Positions 1-12,360 of a stretch of 64,000 bases of DNA are shown piece after piece. The number at the start of each line of letters is the position of its first letter. The stretch's first letter is position 1. The notes under the pieces are model-generated. The model had not been told where the DNA came from and did not search any database. It saw only the letters and a program-made list of their open reading frames with translations. The DNA is from Squalus acanthias (taxonomy: Eukaryota), in contig CM059437.1 in assembly GCA_030390025.1 (NCBI GenBank), forward strand, positions 87,048,001 through 87,112,000. Direction: 5' to 3'. The position numbers and the translations under genes were made by a program.

Positions 1-319
1 GATAAACCTGTTGAAAAAAAATTTAAATTATACTTAATTAACCACTTACCTTGTTGAAAACGGGTCCTGCGCCTCCTTTTTAAATGTGTAGGTTCTTCAA
101 TACTTACCCTCCCGTAGAAACCTGAAAAAAAAACTAAGTTTGCTGCGTGCGCGCAGCCTCTACCGCGCACGCGGTTCACCTATGAACCGTCCCCTTCACC
201 AGACCGGAAGTTCCGGTTTCCCGCGCATGCGCAGTGCATGCAGGAAACCGGCATTTCGGGACGTCTTACGGGTGAGTACGCACTGTGTACTCACCCGGGA
301 AGGGCCAAATTTTTGGCCC
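1..319. mobile_element. Right end of a GC-rich non-autonomous DNA transposon (Harbinger-type MITE)
   Basis: Ends ...aatttttggccc and carries gcgcatgcgca motifs shared with MITE-like copies at about 17090 and 41036. Confidence 0.5.
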
Positions 320-320
320 A

Positions 321-485
321 ATCTGTTTTAGTGATGTTGGTTGAGGGATAAATATTGGCCAGGACACCGGGGAGAACTCCCCTGCTCTTCTTCGAAATAG
401 TGCCGTGGAATCTTTTACGTCGACCTGAGAGAGCAGATGGGGCCTCGGTTTGATGTCTCATCTGAAAGACAGCAACTCTGACAAC
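321..485 (-). mobile_element. Fragment of tRNA-derived SINE
   Basis: Nearly identical to 3619-3755 (tctgttttagtgatgttg.ttgagggataaatattggcc). Confidence 0.8.
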
Positions 486-859
486 AGGGCCAAGACAAGG
501 CCAGTCAATCTATTAAGCTTATTTCTTATCCAGGTTCTATTTCAGGATCCAATTTGACCAGTTTTGACCTTTTTCCTACCCTGAACCCACACACCTATAT
601 TTCGGTCACATTAAGTATCTTTAAACAACTCGAACAAAAAAAAGTCCCTTAAGTTTAAATTTATTTATGTCCTCGGGTTCTGCAATCCTAATTTTCCGCA
701 AGATACCTCTCTACATCTATCTTATTGATTCATTATTTTCATGTTTACTTCCCTTTCATTTTACTTTTTCCAATAAGAATAGATTTGGCTTCCTCAGCTT
801 CTCTTCACAGCTCACTGATCTAAATCTTAAATCATTTTTGTTGCCTTTATCTTAATCGC

Positions 860-1305
860 TGCACTATATCTCCTTGCAAGTAGTGGCCAAAACTGGACAC
901 AACACTCTGCGTGTGGGCTCACTGATACTTTATAGAGCGTCAGTATCATTTTCTGCGAGTTATATTCTTTAGAGATCTAGTTAGACATCCAATGTTTAGT
1001 TTCGCTTTGCAACTGCTGTTCCTGCACAGTGGTGAGAATTTCAAAGTGTGTTTTGGACCTTCTTCCTGATTTACTTTATTTAATAATTAATCACATTTGC
1101 TACTTTTGGTACCCAGGGTGCATTATCCTACATTTCTTAATATTAAATTTAATTTGCGATCCATCTGCCCAGCTGCTAAGACTGTGCAGATCTTTTTAGA
1201 TATTATCCCTTTCCTCTAGCCATCCTCCTTTACCACACAACATGATGTCATCTGCAAACTTAGACATTCTACTTTGAACATCTTCATCAGGGTCATTGAT
1301 AAAGC
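860..1305 (-). mobile_element. Old CR1 LINE RT fragment
   Basis: Diverged similarity to 6570-6990 (tgatgtcatctgcaaact = FADD on minus; aactggacacaacactc = ECCVQFW). Confidence 0.65.
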
Positions 1306-1584
1306 AGGGAGTATCCTGTGGTCATTGCGCACAGGTAGTCTTCAGTCTGGAGCACGGTTTAGCTGCTCACTGAACCAAAGCCTTTAAAGGCACTGCTCTA
1401 AATATGCAAATCCAGGTCTTTGCAATGGCTTATGAACTGCTGACAATCAAATGCCAGTTATAATTGCTTGTACATTTCAGGCTGTACGTCAATGGTTGTT
1501 TTGTAACAAACTGTGATGTCTGGAGTTTGATGGACAGGTATTAGACGCAAGCCTGTATATCTTAGTACAAATATTAAAATGAGA

Positions 1585-1700
1585 CGTCGCACAACACCAG
1601 GTTATAGTCCAACAGATTTATTTAAAATTACAAGCTTTCGGAGCTATCGATCGCCCCTTCTTCAGGTAAAGTTACTATGAGTGAATCTACAAAAGTTCAC
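1585..1700 (-). mobile_element. Penelope-like element terminal (pseudo-LTR) fragment
   Basis: cacaacaccaggttatagtccaacagatttatt next to a hammerhead core; family assignment is from recall. Confidence 0.6.
1628..1669 (-). ncRNA. Minimal type I hammerhead ribozyme motif
   Basis: Minus strand: TTAC CTGAAGA A GGGGC gatcgata GCTCC GAAA GCTT GTAA. Helix I TTAC/GTAA, CUGANGA core, helix II GGGGC/GCTCC, GAAA, palindromic helix III AAGCTT. Confidence 0.7.
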
Positions 1701-2059
1701 AGAATATAAACACAGAAAAAGCAGAGATACAATCTTTCCTTACATCAAAGACACACCAAGAGCACAACCAAGACAATGAGATGTGTCCCAGGGGGTCCAA
1801 CGTGTCAAATCCTGCTGTCTGTAGCAGATCTCTCTCCATATCCCTTCCTCTCTCTCCGTCCTTTTTGGGTTTGTTTTTTGTGTTTGTTTTTTTGTGTTTG
1901 TTTTTTATTTTTTAAAAACTGGAAAGACAGACAACGATGTCAAGTCACGTTCTGTAGCGTGACATGAACCCGATATCCCTATTGACAAATATTAAGTCAG
2001 TGCACACTTCCAGTTTACAATGCCTTACTTCCTCGGCCACTTTTCTTGTGTCAAAGTTA

Positions 2060-2445
2060 TCGCTTGGCTCAGTGGGTCCCCGAGTCAGAAGGTTGCGGGT
2101 TCAAGTCCCACACCAGAGACTTGCATGCAATCTAACCCTAAACATCAGTGCAGTACGAGGGAGTGCTGCACTGTTGGAGGTGCATCTTTTAGAGGAGCTG
2201 TTAAACCAAGCACCTCTGCTCTCTCAGGTGGATGTAAGAGATCCCATGGCACTATTCCAAAAAGTTCAGAGGATTTCTCCCGGTGTCCTGGACAACATTT
2301 ATTTCTGAAACAACACCACCAAAAACAGACTATCTGGTTATTTATCCCATTGCTCTTTGTGGGGCGTTTCCCTACTTTACAACAGCGACTACACTGCAAA
2401 ATACTTTAGTTCACGAAAGGTGCTATATAAATGCAACTTTCTTTT
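2060..2445 (+). mobile_element. tRNA-derived SINE (SacSINE1/DeuSINE-like) with L2-like tail
   Basis: A box TGGCTCAGTGG, B box GGTTCAAGTCC; 3' tail aaggtgctatataaatgcaa shared with the L2 ends in this window. Confidence 0.8.
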
Positions 2446-2543
2446 TTGCCACACTTTAGTATTAATTTTCTCCCACTAGAAACTCTATGCCCATATTTAG
2501 AATGGAAAGCTACGTAAACTTGTCACACTGTAATTGTTCAATC

Positions 2544-2562
2544 TGCCCACTGGGTGGCGCTG
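2544..2562 (+). promoter_or_regulatory. CTCF-like motif
   Basis: TGCCCACTGGGTGGCGCTG vs consensus TGGCCACCAGGGGGCGCTA, in non-repetitive sequence. Confidence 0.5.
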
Positions 2563-3444
2563 TATTATTGTTTCTCCACAGATTTCAGCTGAAAATTTTT
2601 CAATGCCATTTTTTCCCCTCAGCAACTGAAATTTCTAATATCCGCATTCCTTGCCGTAAAACTTTTATGTGCCTTCTAAATGCGACTAACCAACTTAAAA
2701 CCAGTTCTTGGTTACTGTCAAGAACATGTCTTTCCTTATGAGGATCTGGATTCCCCATGTTAACTGAGGAATCCCTATTATTTAAATAGCAAACGGTGCT
2801 TATGCATGCTGTTCAAATAATACAGGCTTTTCCAACTCAAGCCTTTTTTTAAAGAAGTTTTTTTGGGCGATGTGCCTTCCAACCCTTACTTCCTCCTACT
2901 GCCCCGTGTGCCTGTGCCTTTCCCCTCCTCGTTCTCCCTACCACCTCCTGCTGCTCTCACCTGCTGACTTAAGTGCCTGTGACTTTCTGTCCTGGCCACC
3001 TCCCGCTCTCCGTTCCATGTTCAACACCCATAACACTCGCCACGAGCAACCAGCTCGCAAAAAACCCCTCCCCCGATTGCTATGCTTTCTGAGCCACAGC
3101 CTGCAAACCCCTTCCCACTGATCCCACCTCTTTAGGATCCCCTTCGCAGTACTTCCACACTCAGCAATTCCTCTCTTTCCCAATGCTGCCACCATCATCC
3201 CCCTCACCTCAAGACCACCTTCCTACCACTATGAAGCCCTGCCAACTTGATCCCAATACTCCTGGACCAACCTCATAACACTGTCTAACCACACATCTCC
3301 ATCCACTCCCCAGCACTGCTACAAATAGTACCTGCAATGTCCCTCCTACCTACCTGCATCCTGCAAGATTTCCCTACCATCTTCCTCTGTATCATAAGGC
3401 TTTAAAAAAAGTTAAGAGATAAAATCAACTATATACTTCAATAA

Positions 3445-3880
3445 GAAAGAAAGAACTTACATTTACATAGCGCCTTTCACGGCCTTGAGATGTCCCAAAG
3501 CACTTTACAGCCAATGAAGTGCTTTTGACGTGTAGTCACTGTTGTAATGTCGGAAATACAGCAGCCAATTTGAGCACAGCAAGGTCTCACAAACAGCAAT
3601 GAAATAATGGCCAGATAATCTGTTTTAGTGATGTTGATTGAGGGATAAATATTGGCCTCCCCCGCTCGTCTTCAAATAGTGCCCTGGGATCTTTTACCTG
3701 GGAGGGCAGACGGGGCCTCGGTTTAACATCTTAGCCAAAAGGCGGCACCTCCGACAATGCAGCACTCCCTCAGTGCTGCACTGAAGCGTTCGCCTAGATT
3801 ACGTGCTCAAGTCTCTGGACTGGGATTTGAACCCACAAACCACCTGATTCAGAAGTGACAGTGCTGAGCCAAGACTGACA
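3445..3880 (-). mobile_element. tRNA-derived SINE, near full length
   Basis: Reverse complement of the 2060/34280/38875 family; B box on minus (gggatttgaacc); (ttct)n tail. Confidence 0.85.
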
Positions 3881-4446
3881 CCTAAATATATAATAATCAT
3901 GACCAACGTTACCGATACGCCGGGCAGCATGCGCGGAACTGTGAATGGGCCACACAGCCCCTTAAAGGGGCCACACACCCATAGAAAAGTACAGGGAACA
4001 TTGACCAAGACCACTGATTTATACTCTCCACACAAATATGCACATCATCAAGGAATTGACCAGTAATGCTCCACAATATTGTATAATAAGTTGCGATTTA
4101 ACTGATTTAATCACTGTAAATCAGTGGCCATAACGTATTGTACATTACATTGCTCAAAACAGCTTCTTCATGCCAAGGGAGATCTGTTAGTATAAAAATC
4201 GTTCTTCTAGCACCAGTCACAAAACTTTCTTTTTGTAAAATAAAGAAAGGGAGTCGCTGACCTGGAGCCTGAAATTTACAAGAAATCATAACTGCTCAGT
4301 TACTGTCCTCAACAGTTTAGAAGATTGGCCCAAGGGTGAGTACCTGGGACTCCTGTTCTATTGATCACTACCGTTTGTATCTAAATATCAATCCAGTTCA
4401 GTATTTCTTCCGTTATATTTTATAAGGCCAAGAATGAGAAAAGGCC

Positions 4447-4631
4447 GAAATAACAACAGAAAACGCTGGAAAAACTCAGCAGGCCAGGCAGCATCCGTGG
4501 AGAGAGAAACAGAGTTAACGTTTCAGGTCGAAGACCTTTCATCAGAACTGGAAAAAAGTAGGAAATGAAATAGATTTAAAGCAAGGATAAAGCTGGGAAA
4601 AGGGGGAGGGGATGAAAGAACAAAAGGAGAA
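4447..4631 (-). mobile_element. Short non-autonomous Penelope-like element with hammerhead core and 14-bp TSD
   Basis: Direct repeat aatgagaaaaggcc at 4433-4446 and 4632-4645; minus strand 4510-4550 reads cagtt CTGATGA A AGGTC ttc GACCT GAAA CGTT aactctg. Confidence 0.8.
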
Positions 4632-5299
4632 AATGAGAAAAGGCCATTCAGCCCGTCCCTAACTCCCATTGTACAAACCCGAAACACAATGCTCCTCGTG
4701 TGGTCTGAGCAACGCCTTAGCCTATCCCAAATTCTTTCAATTTATTCATATTTATTCATTAGGCACCTTATCAAATGACTCTTAGAAGCTAACATATTGG
4801 CTGCGGTTTTCTGCTTGTTGACTTTCCAGCCCCGGATTTCCCTCACATTTATTTTAATAACCAAGAATATCAGGGGCTGGTGAGCGTACAAACAGAAAAT
4901 CCCAGTCACTATATCAAACATCCGCCACATCGAGATCATAACTTAAAGAATTTCAATACATTAATTACACACAACTTGCTTTTCGGGAATCTGTGGTGCC
5001 TCAGGACTACTTCCTCAGTTCTTGTGAAACGCTATTGAATTGTTTCCTTTGCAATACACTTCATATTTTTCCTAATTAAGCTTATAGGTGTGTAATTCCC
5101 AGGATCATACTTTTAACCCTTTAAGAATTAGACCGGTGTTAGCTAACTTCCAATCTCCTTTACCTCCCATGTATTTAGTGGACTGTGAAAGATGTACTGG
5201 GTGGTGCACTCACCCACACAGCCATGAGGGGAGTTGAACATTAGTTTCGAAATGTCAGATGAAATACATTTGGGAGCAGTGAACCACCCAGCAGGGTGT

Positions 5300-5750
5300 C
5301 ACATAGAGGATATAAACCAGCGGAAAGTGAAACACCCAGAATTATATAGAGGATTCATATTGAGGTACAGTGAGTTTAGTATTAAATAGAGGATACGCAC
5401 ATGGCTTTAATGATACCTAGCTCAGTATTGTAAAGCGGATATATATGTTGGCGGAAAGTGAGATTAGTCTTATCTAGTGGATTGGGGACAGTGATATATG
5501 CAGTTTAATGTTATATAGAGGATACACACAAGGGAAAGTGGTACATCACCTTTAGTATTATTTAGAGGATATGCAGTGGAGAAGTGATAGATACCCAGTT
5601 GAATTTATATAAAGTGTACATACTGAGAAGCAGCAAGATACCAATTTTAATATATACTGCAAACAGCGAAATATCCAGTTTACTATTATAAAGAGAATAC
5701 ACACTAGAGAACAATGAGGTGCCCAGCTTACTATTATATAGAGGATAGAC
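5300..5750. repeat. Degenerate minisatellite, period roughly 45-50 bp
   Basis: Recurring atagaggata...gaaagtg...ataccca.g(t)ttagtatt units. Confidence 0.6.
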
Positions 5751-5849
5751 TAGGAACACAAACCCTCATTCCATTTCTTTCTCACACAGCACTTTGGGGG
5801 AAGCAAACATTGTCCGATTCCCCCTTATACACCTCTGGGATGAAAGGAT

Positions 5850-6015
5850 GGATATTGTGCTACTTGCCTTTTCCGAATATTCCGAGCAGCCAAACAATAT
5901 CCTTTCCCCTCCGTGAAAATTCAGGGGTATGAAGTAGGAGAAAATGTAATGGTATGGGTAGAAAGTTGGTTAACCGACAGGAAACAAAGGGTTAGGGTTA
6001 ATGGGTGTTGCTTGG
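5850..6015 (+). mobile_element. Old CR1 RT fragment, left part (continues at about 10940)
   Basis: Translates to VWVESWLTDRKQRVRVNG; interrupted by the antisense young CR1. Confidence 0.7.
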
Positions 6016-9000
6016 ATAAGAACATAAGAACATAAGAAATAGGAGCAGGAGTCGGCCATTTGTCTCCTCGAGCCTGCTCCGCCATTCAGTAAGATCATGG
6101 CTGATCTTCTACCTCATCTCCACTTTCCCGTCGATCCCCATATCCCTTGATTCCCTTAATATCCAAAAATATATCAATCTCTGTCTTGAATATACTCAAC
6201 GACTGAGACTGCATAGCCCTCTGGGGTAGAGAATTCCAAAGATTCACCACCCTCTGAGTGAAAATATTTCTACTCAACTCAGTCACAAATGGCCGACCCC
6301 TTATTCTGAGACTGTGGCCCCTGGTTCTAGACTCTCCAGCCAGGGGAAACATCCTCCCTGCATCTACCCTGTCAAGCCCTGTAAGAATTTTGTATGTTTC
6401 AATGAGATCACCTCTCATTCTTCTCAACTCCAGAGAATATAGGTCTAGTCTACTCAATCTCTCCTCATAGGACAATCCCCCATCCCAGGAATCAGTCTGG
6501 TGAATCTTTGTTGCACTCCCTCTATGGTAAGTATATCCTTCCTTAGGTAAGGAGACCAGAAACTGTACACAATACTCCAGGTGTGGTCTCACCAGGGCCC
6601 TATATAATAGCAGTAAGTTGTCTTTACTCTTATACTCAAATCCTCTTGTAATAAAGGCCAACATACCATTTGCTTTCCTAATTGCTTGCTGTACCTGCAT
6701 GTTAACTTTCAGTGATTCGTGTACAAGGACACCTAGGTCCCTCTGAACAGTAACATTTCCCAATCTCTCACCATTTAAAAAATACTCTGCTTTTCTATTT
6801 TTCCTACCAAAGTGGATAACTTCACATTTCTCCACATTATATTCCATTTGCCATGTTCTTGCCCACTCACTTAGCTTGTCTTTATCCCCTTGAAGCCTCT
6901 TTGCATCCTCCTCACAACTTACATTCCCACCCAGCTTTGTATCATCAGCAAACTTGAATATATTACATTTGGTCCCCTCATCCAAATCATTGGTGTAGAT
7001 TGTGAATAGCTAAGGCCCAAGCACTGATCCTTGCGGTACCCCACTAGTTACAGCCTGCCAACCCGAAAATGATCTGTTTATTCCTACTCTCTGTTTTCTG
7101 TCCATTAACCAATCCTCAGTCCATGCTAGTATACTACCCCAAATCCCATGAGCCCTAATTTTGTTTAATAACCTCATGTGGCATCTTATCAAATGCCTTC
7201 TGAAAATCCAAATACACCACATCCACTGATTCCCCCTTAACTATTCTGCTAGTTACAACCTCAAAAAACTATAACAGATTCGCCAAACACGATTTCCCTT
7301 TCATAAATCCATGTTGAGTCTGCCCAATCCTATTATTATTTTCTAAGTGCCCTGTTACCACGTCCTTAATAATAGATTCTAGCATTTTCCCTATGACTGA
7401 TGTCAGGTTTACTGGTCTGTGGTTCCCCGTTTTCTCTCTCCCTCCTTTCTTAATAGGTTACATTTGCTACCTTCCAATCCGTGGGAACCGTTCTAGAATC
7501 TATGGAATTTTGGAAAATGACAACCAATGCATCCACTATCTCTATAGCCGCCTCTTTCAAAACCCTAGGATGTAGGCCATCAGGTCCAGGGGATTTATCA
7601 GCTTTGAGTTCCATTAATTTCTCCAGTACTATTTTTTACTAATACTAATTTCTTTCAGTTCCTCATTCTCGCTAGACCCTTGGTTCTCCACTATTTCCGG
7701 GAAGTTTTTTGCATCTTCTTCCGTGAAGACAGACACAAAGGGCTGGATTTTCATAGGGCCATGGAGGCGGGTTTGGAGGCGTGTGGGGGGTTAAAATTGC
7801 AAAAAGTGGCGGGCGGACCTGATCCCGCCTCCATTCCGCCTCCACGCAATTTTAATAAAATCGTGTGCTGTGTTCCCGACTCCATCCCGCCTCCAAGAGG
7901 CGGGAGAGGCCATTAAAGCCCTTAACAAGCCCTAAATTGGCACTGTAATGCCATTTTGAAACATTTTAGCTAGTTTAACTCTTTTCCGACGTGAAGCACG
8001 CCTGATGTGAAACACGCCAGTGAAACCTGGGGGGAGCACAAGTGGATAGCTGACTATCAGCGGCAGGTCCACTATTACAACGGAGATGTGATGAAGGTAG
8101 TAGTAGTATTAGGTCTGAAAGTCGCCTCTGATGCTGCTGCATTGAATGTCTTCAGAGACTGCCTGGCCTTTGCTGTGAGAGGACCTGGATGCAAAAAAAA
8201 TTATTTTCTCTCTCTCTCTCTCTCTCTCTCAGATGCTGTTCATTTTGCATCCAGGTCCTCTCACAGCAAAGGCCAGGCAGTCTCTGACCTGCAATGCAGC
8301 AACAATGATGACATCATCAGAGGTGACTTTCAGACTGAAACCACTAATTGGTTCATGGGTTCCCACATGCTGGAACTCAATTGCCCAATTAAGTGAAAAT
8401 TGGATCAATCTCCCACAACCAATTGCAGTCGGGTGGATAACACGAAATGCGGATGACACGACCCCAACCCACCCCACTATCAAAATCCAGCCCAAAGTAT
8501 TTGGTTAATTTCTCTGGCATTTCCTTATTCCCCATTATAATTTCTCCTGTCTCAGCCTGTAAGGGACCCACATTTACTTTCGCTAACCTTTTCCTTTTTA
8601 CATACCTATAGAAGCTTTTACAGCCTGTTTTTATGTCTCTCGCTAGTTTACTCTCATATTCTATTTTCCCTTTCTTTATCAATTTCTTGGTCCTCCTTTG
8701 CTGAATTCTAAAATCCTCCCAATCCGCAGGCTTATACTCTTTTTGGCAACATTATAAGCCTCTTCCTTTGATCTAATACTAGCTTTAACTTCTCTTGTTA
8801 GCCACGGTTAGACCACTTTTCCTGTGCCTTAAAAGAATGTATATTTGTTGTAAATTATGTATTAATTCTTTAAATGCTAGCCATTGCTTCTCTACCATCA
8901 TACTTTTTAATGTAGTTTCCCAATCTACCTTAGCCAACTCGCCCCTCATACCTACGTAGTTTGCTTTGTTTCGATTTAAGACCCGAGTTTCAGATTTAAC

Positions 9001-10900
9001 TAAAGCACTTTCAAACTCAATATGAAATGGTATCATATTATGGTCACTCTTCCCAAAAGGCCCCTTTACTACAAGGTTATTAATTAACCCTTTCTCGTTG
9101 CATAATACTAGATCTAAAATAGTCTGTTCCCTAGTTGGCTCCTCAACATACTGATCTAGAAAACTATCTTGCATACATTCCATGAATTCGTCCTCCACAC
9201 GATTACTGCAAATTTGGTTTGCCCAGTCTATATGTAGATTAAAGTCCCCCATGATTACTGTATTACCCTTGTTACTTGCGCCTATAATTTCCTGATATAT
9301 ACTCTGCCCTACATTACAACTACTGTTTGGGAACCTATAAACAACTCCCACCAATGTTTTCTGCCCCTTGCTGTTTCTTAGCTCCACCCAAACTGATTCT
9401 ACTTCTTGATTTTCGGAGCTAAGATCCTTTCTCTCTACTGTTTTTATCCCATCTTTTATTATCAGGGCTACACCGCCTCCTTTTCCATTTTGCCTATCTC
9501 TTCTAAAAGTTAAGTATCCTGGAATATTTAGTTCCCAACCTTGTCCACATTGCAACCACGTCTCCATAATGGCTATTAGATCAAACTTATTAATTTCTAT
9601 CTGTGCTATTAATTCATCTATTTTGTTGCGAATGTTTCACGCATTCAGATATAGTGCCTTTAGCTTTGACTTATTTCTATTTTTCCCTGATGTCACCTTA
9701 GTCACTGATGCCTTATTATCTTTGTTACTCTCTCTGTCCCTTCCTAACCTACTCTGCTTATTTTTACCCAAAACTCTGCTCCGCTCTAGAGCCTTGACAT
9801 TTCTCTCGCTGCTTTTAAATTTACTCTTTCCTGAATCCTCCCACCCACCCCCACTTCATTAGTTTAAAGCCCTGTCTACTGCCCCAGTTATTTGGTTCGC
9901 CAGGACACTGGTCCCAGCTGGTTTAAGTGGCGCCCGTCCCAACGGAACAGCTCCCTCTTTCCCCAGTACTGGTGCCAGTGCCCCATGAACTGAAACCCCT
10001 TCCTCCCACACCACTCTTTCAGCCATGCATTTAAACCTCTAATCTGTTTGTCACTATGCCAATTTGCGCATGGTTCAGGTAACAATCCAGAGATTATTAC
10101 CTTTGAGGTTCTGCTTTTTAATTTGTATCCTAGCTCCTCAAACTCCCTCAGCAGAACCTCATTCCTAGTTCTACCTATGTCGTTGGTTCCTACGTGGACC
10201 ATGACAACTGGATCCTTCCCCTCCCACTCCAAGTTCTCCTCCAGCCGTGAGAAGATGTCTTTAACCCTGGCACTGGGCAGGCAACACAACCTTCGGAACT
10301 CTCAGTCGCGGCTGCAGAGAACAGTATCTATCCCCCTGACTATACTGTCCCCTACCACAACTACATTCCCTTTTACTCCCCCCACTTGAATGGCCTCCTG
10401 CACGATGGTGCCATGGTCAGCTTGCTCATCCATCCTGCAGGCTTTTCCCTCATCCACACAGGCAGCAAGAACCTCATACCTGTTGGACACGGGCAAAGCC
10501 TGAGGCTCCTCCAGCACTGCACCTGGGGTCCCCTTACCTGCCTGAGTTGCAGTCACACCCTCCTGTCCCTGACCACTAACCAGACCTGTACCACTACCTA
10601 ACCTAAGGGGTGTGACTGCCTCCTGGATCAAAGTGTCCAGGTAACTCTCCCCATCCCTGATGTCCCACAATGTCTGCACCTCAGAATCCAGCTCAAAAAC
10701 TCTAAGCTGAAGTTCCTCAAGATGCAGGCACTTACTGCAAACATGGTTGTCCGGGATCACAATGCTCTCCACAAACTCCCACATGCTGCAGTTGCGGCAC
10801 ACCACCTGCACAGCCATCCCTATATGACCTTGTTTTATTTAATTAAATTGTAATTAGGTAACTTAGTTTACAGTGTAGTTTCTTGACTAATTACTTGATC
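6016..10900 (-). mobile_element. Near full-length CR1-clade (HER1-like) LINE, inactivated
   Basis: ORF1 9888-10817: CxxC..CxxC and leucine zipper, then SGNH esterase blocks VVGDSIVRG, HVGTND, DGRHLN, with an in-frame TGA at 10302. ORF2: endonuclease 8785-9567 (ETWL, MGDFN, SDHN) and RT (GVPQGSVLGP, FADDTKL), with frameshifts. 3' tail (ttcttatg)n. Confidence 0.95.
7740..8493. mobile_element. PIF/Harbinger-type MITE nested in the CR1 ORF2
   Basis: 12-bp TIR gggctggatttt / aaaatccagccc; 3-bp TSD aaa; removing it restores CR1 sequence gacacaaagtatttg. Confidence 0.85.
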
Positions 10901-10939
10901 TAGATTAAGTTATGGGTACTGAAATTTGAATTGGCGAAG

Positions 10940-11485
10940 AATTGGAAGTGGTGTACCTCAATGCTAAATAAAAACAGATGATTTGGACTTGGGTGTAGAG
11001 AGCACAATATCTAAACTTGCTGATGATATAAAAGTAGGGTCTTGGTAAACAGTGACCAGTACTATGAAAGAGTTCAGGAGAACATAAATAGGTTGACAAA
11101 ATGTGCAGTCAGGCGGTAGATTCAATTTGATGCAGAGAAGTGTGAGGTGATGAATTTTGGAAAGATAAGGAAGGAATGGGAGTATAAACTCAATGGAAGG
11201 TTTCTGGAGAGTGTGCACGAACAGAGCGACCTCGGGGTTCAAGTACATCATTTATTGAAGGTGAGAGTGCAGGTGCATAAAGCCACAAAAAAGTCTAATG
11301 GCAATTTGGGTTTTATACCTAGGGCAGAAGAGTACAATTGGAAAGAGATCATGACAAATTTGTACAGAGCCAATGGCTAGAGCACTGTGTGTTGTTTTAG
11401 GGACTTAATTATAGAAAGGACATTAAAGCCATAGAGAGGCCACAATGTAGATTTACCAGGATGATAACAACAATGAGAAACTATT
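10940..11485 (+). mobile_element. Old CR1 RT fragment, right part
   Basis: DDLDLGVESTISKLADDIKV and QSDLGVQVH translations. Confidence 0.75.
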
Positions 11486-11499
11486 GTTTTTTTAAATAT

Positions 11500-12128
11500 A
11501 TATTTGTTCTTGGGATGCAGATAACACTGGAAAAGCATATTTATTGTCCATCCCTGGTTGCCATAGGGCATTTAAAAGCCACCACATAGTGTGGGACTTG
11601 AGTTACATGTAGGCCAGAATGGGTAGGGGTTGCCGCAGAACCCCTTCCCTGAAGGATATTCTTCGGCAGCACCCCCCAAACCCGCGACCTCTTCCACCTA
11701 GAAGGACAAGGGCAGCAGGCGCATGGGAACACCACCACCTCCATGTTCCCCTCCAAGTCACACATCATCCTGACTTAGAAGTATGTCGCCGATCCTTCAT
11801 CGTTGCTGGGTCAAAATCCTGGAACTCCCTCCCTAACAGCACTGTGGGAGGACCTTCACCACACGGACAGCGACGGTTCAAGAAGGCGGCTCACCACCAC
11901 CTTCTCAAGGGCAATTAGGGATGGGCAATAAATGCTGGCCTTGCCAGCGACGCCCACATCCCATAAACGAATTTTTAAAAAATGAGTGAAACAGTTGGGT
12001 TTTTACTACAATTAGCAGCTTTCATTTTTCTGGTGCCAGCCTCTAAATTATCAGATTTATTGAATTTAATTTCACAACTTGCCATGGTAGGATTGAACTC
12101 ATTACCTCTGGCTTGGTAGTCCAGTACA
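11500..12128 (-). mobile_element. SINE (minus) interrupted by a plus-strand LINE 3' end at about 11660-11980
   Basis: The insert ends caccaccttctcaagggcaattagggatgggcaataaatgctggcc; the flanks join into one minus-strand SINE-like unit. Confidence 0.65.
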
Positions 12129-12133
12129 GTAGG

Positions 12134-12360
12134 TGTTAGCCTTGGCTCAGTGGTAGCACTCTCGCCTCTGACTTAGTAGGCCAATGGGTTCCAGCACCAC
12201 TGAAGGACTTGAGCACATAAACTAGGCAGGCTGAGTCTGCAGTGCGGTACTGCGGAAGTGCCGCGCTGTCAGACGAGACGTTAAATTGTAGCCCCCTCCT
12301 GCCTTGTTGGGTGGGCATAAAAGATCCCAGCAGGGAAGTTGTTCTGGCCAACGCTTACCT
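12134..12360 (+). mobile_element. tRNA-derived SINE 5' part
   Basis: tggctcagtggtagcactctcgcctc is identical to 38885-38910. Confidence 0.75.

Noticed and set aside
2064-2110. tRNA gene
   Set aside because: The A/B boxes belong to a SINE head; no complete cloverleaf.
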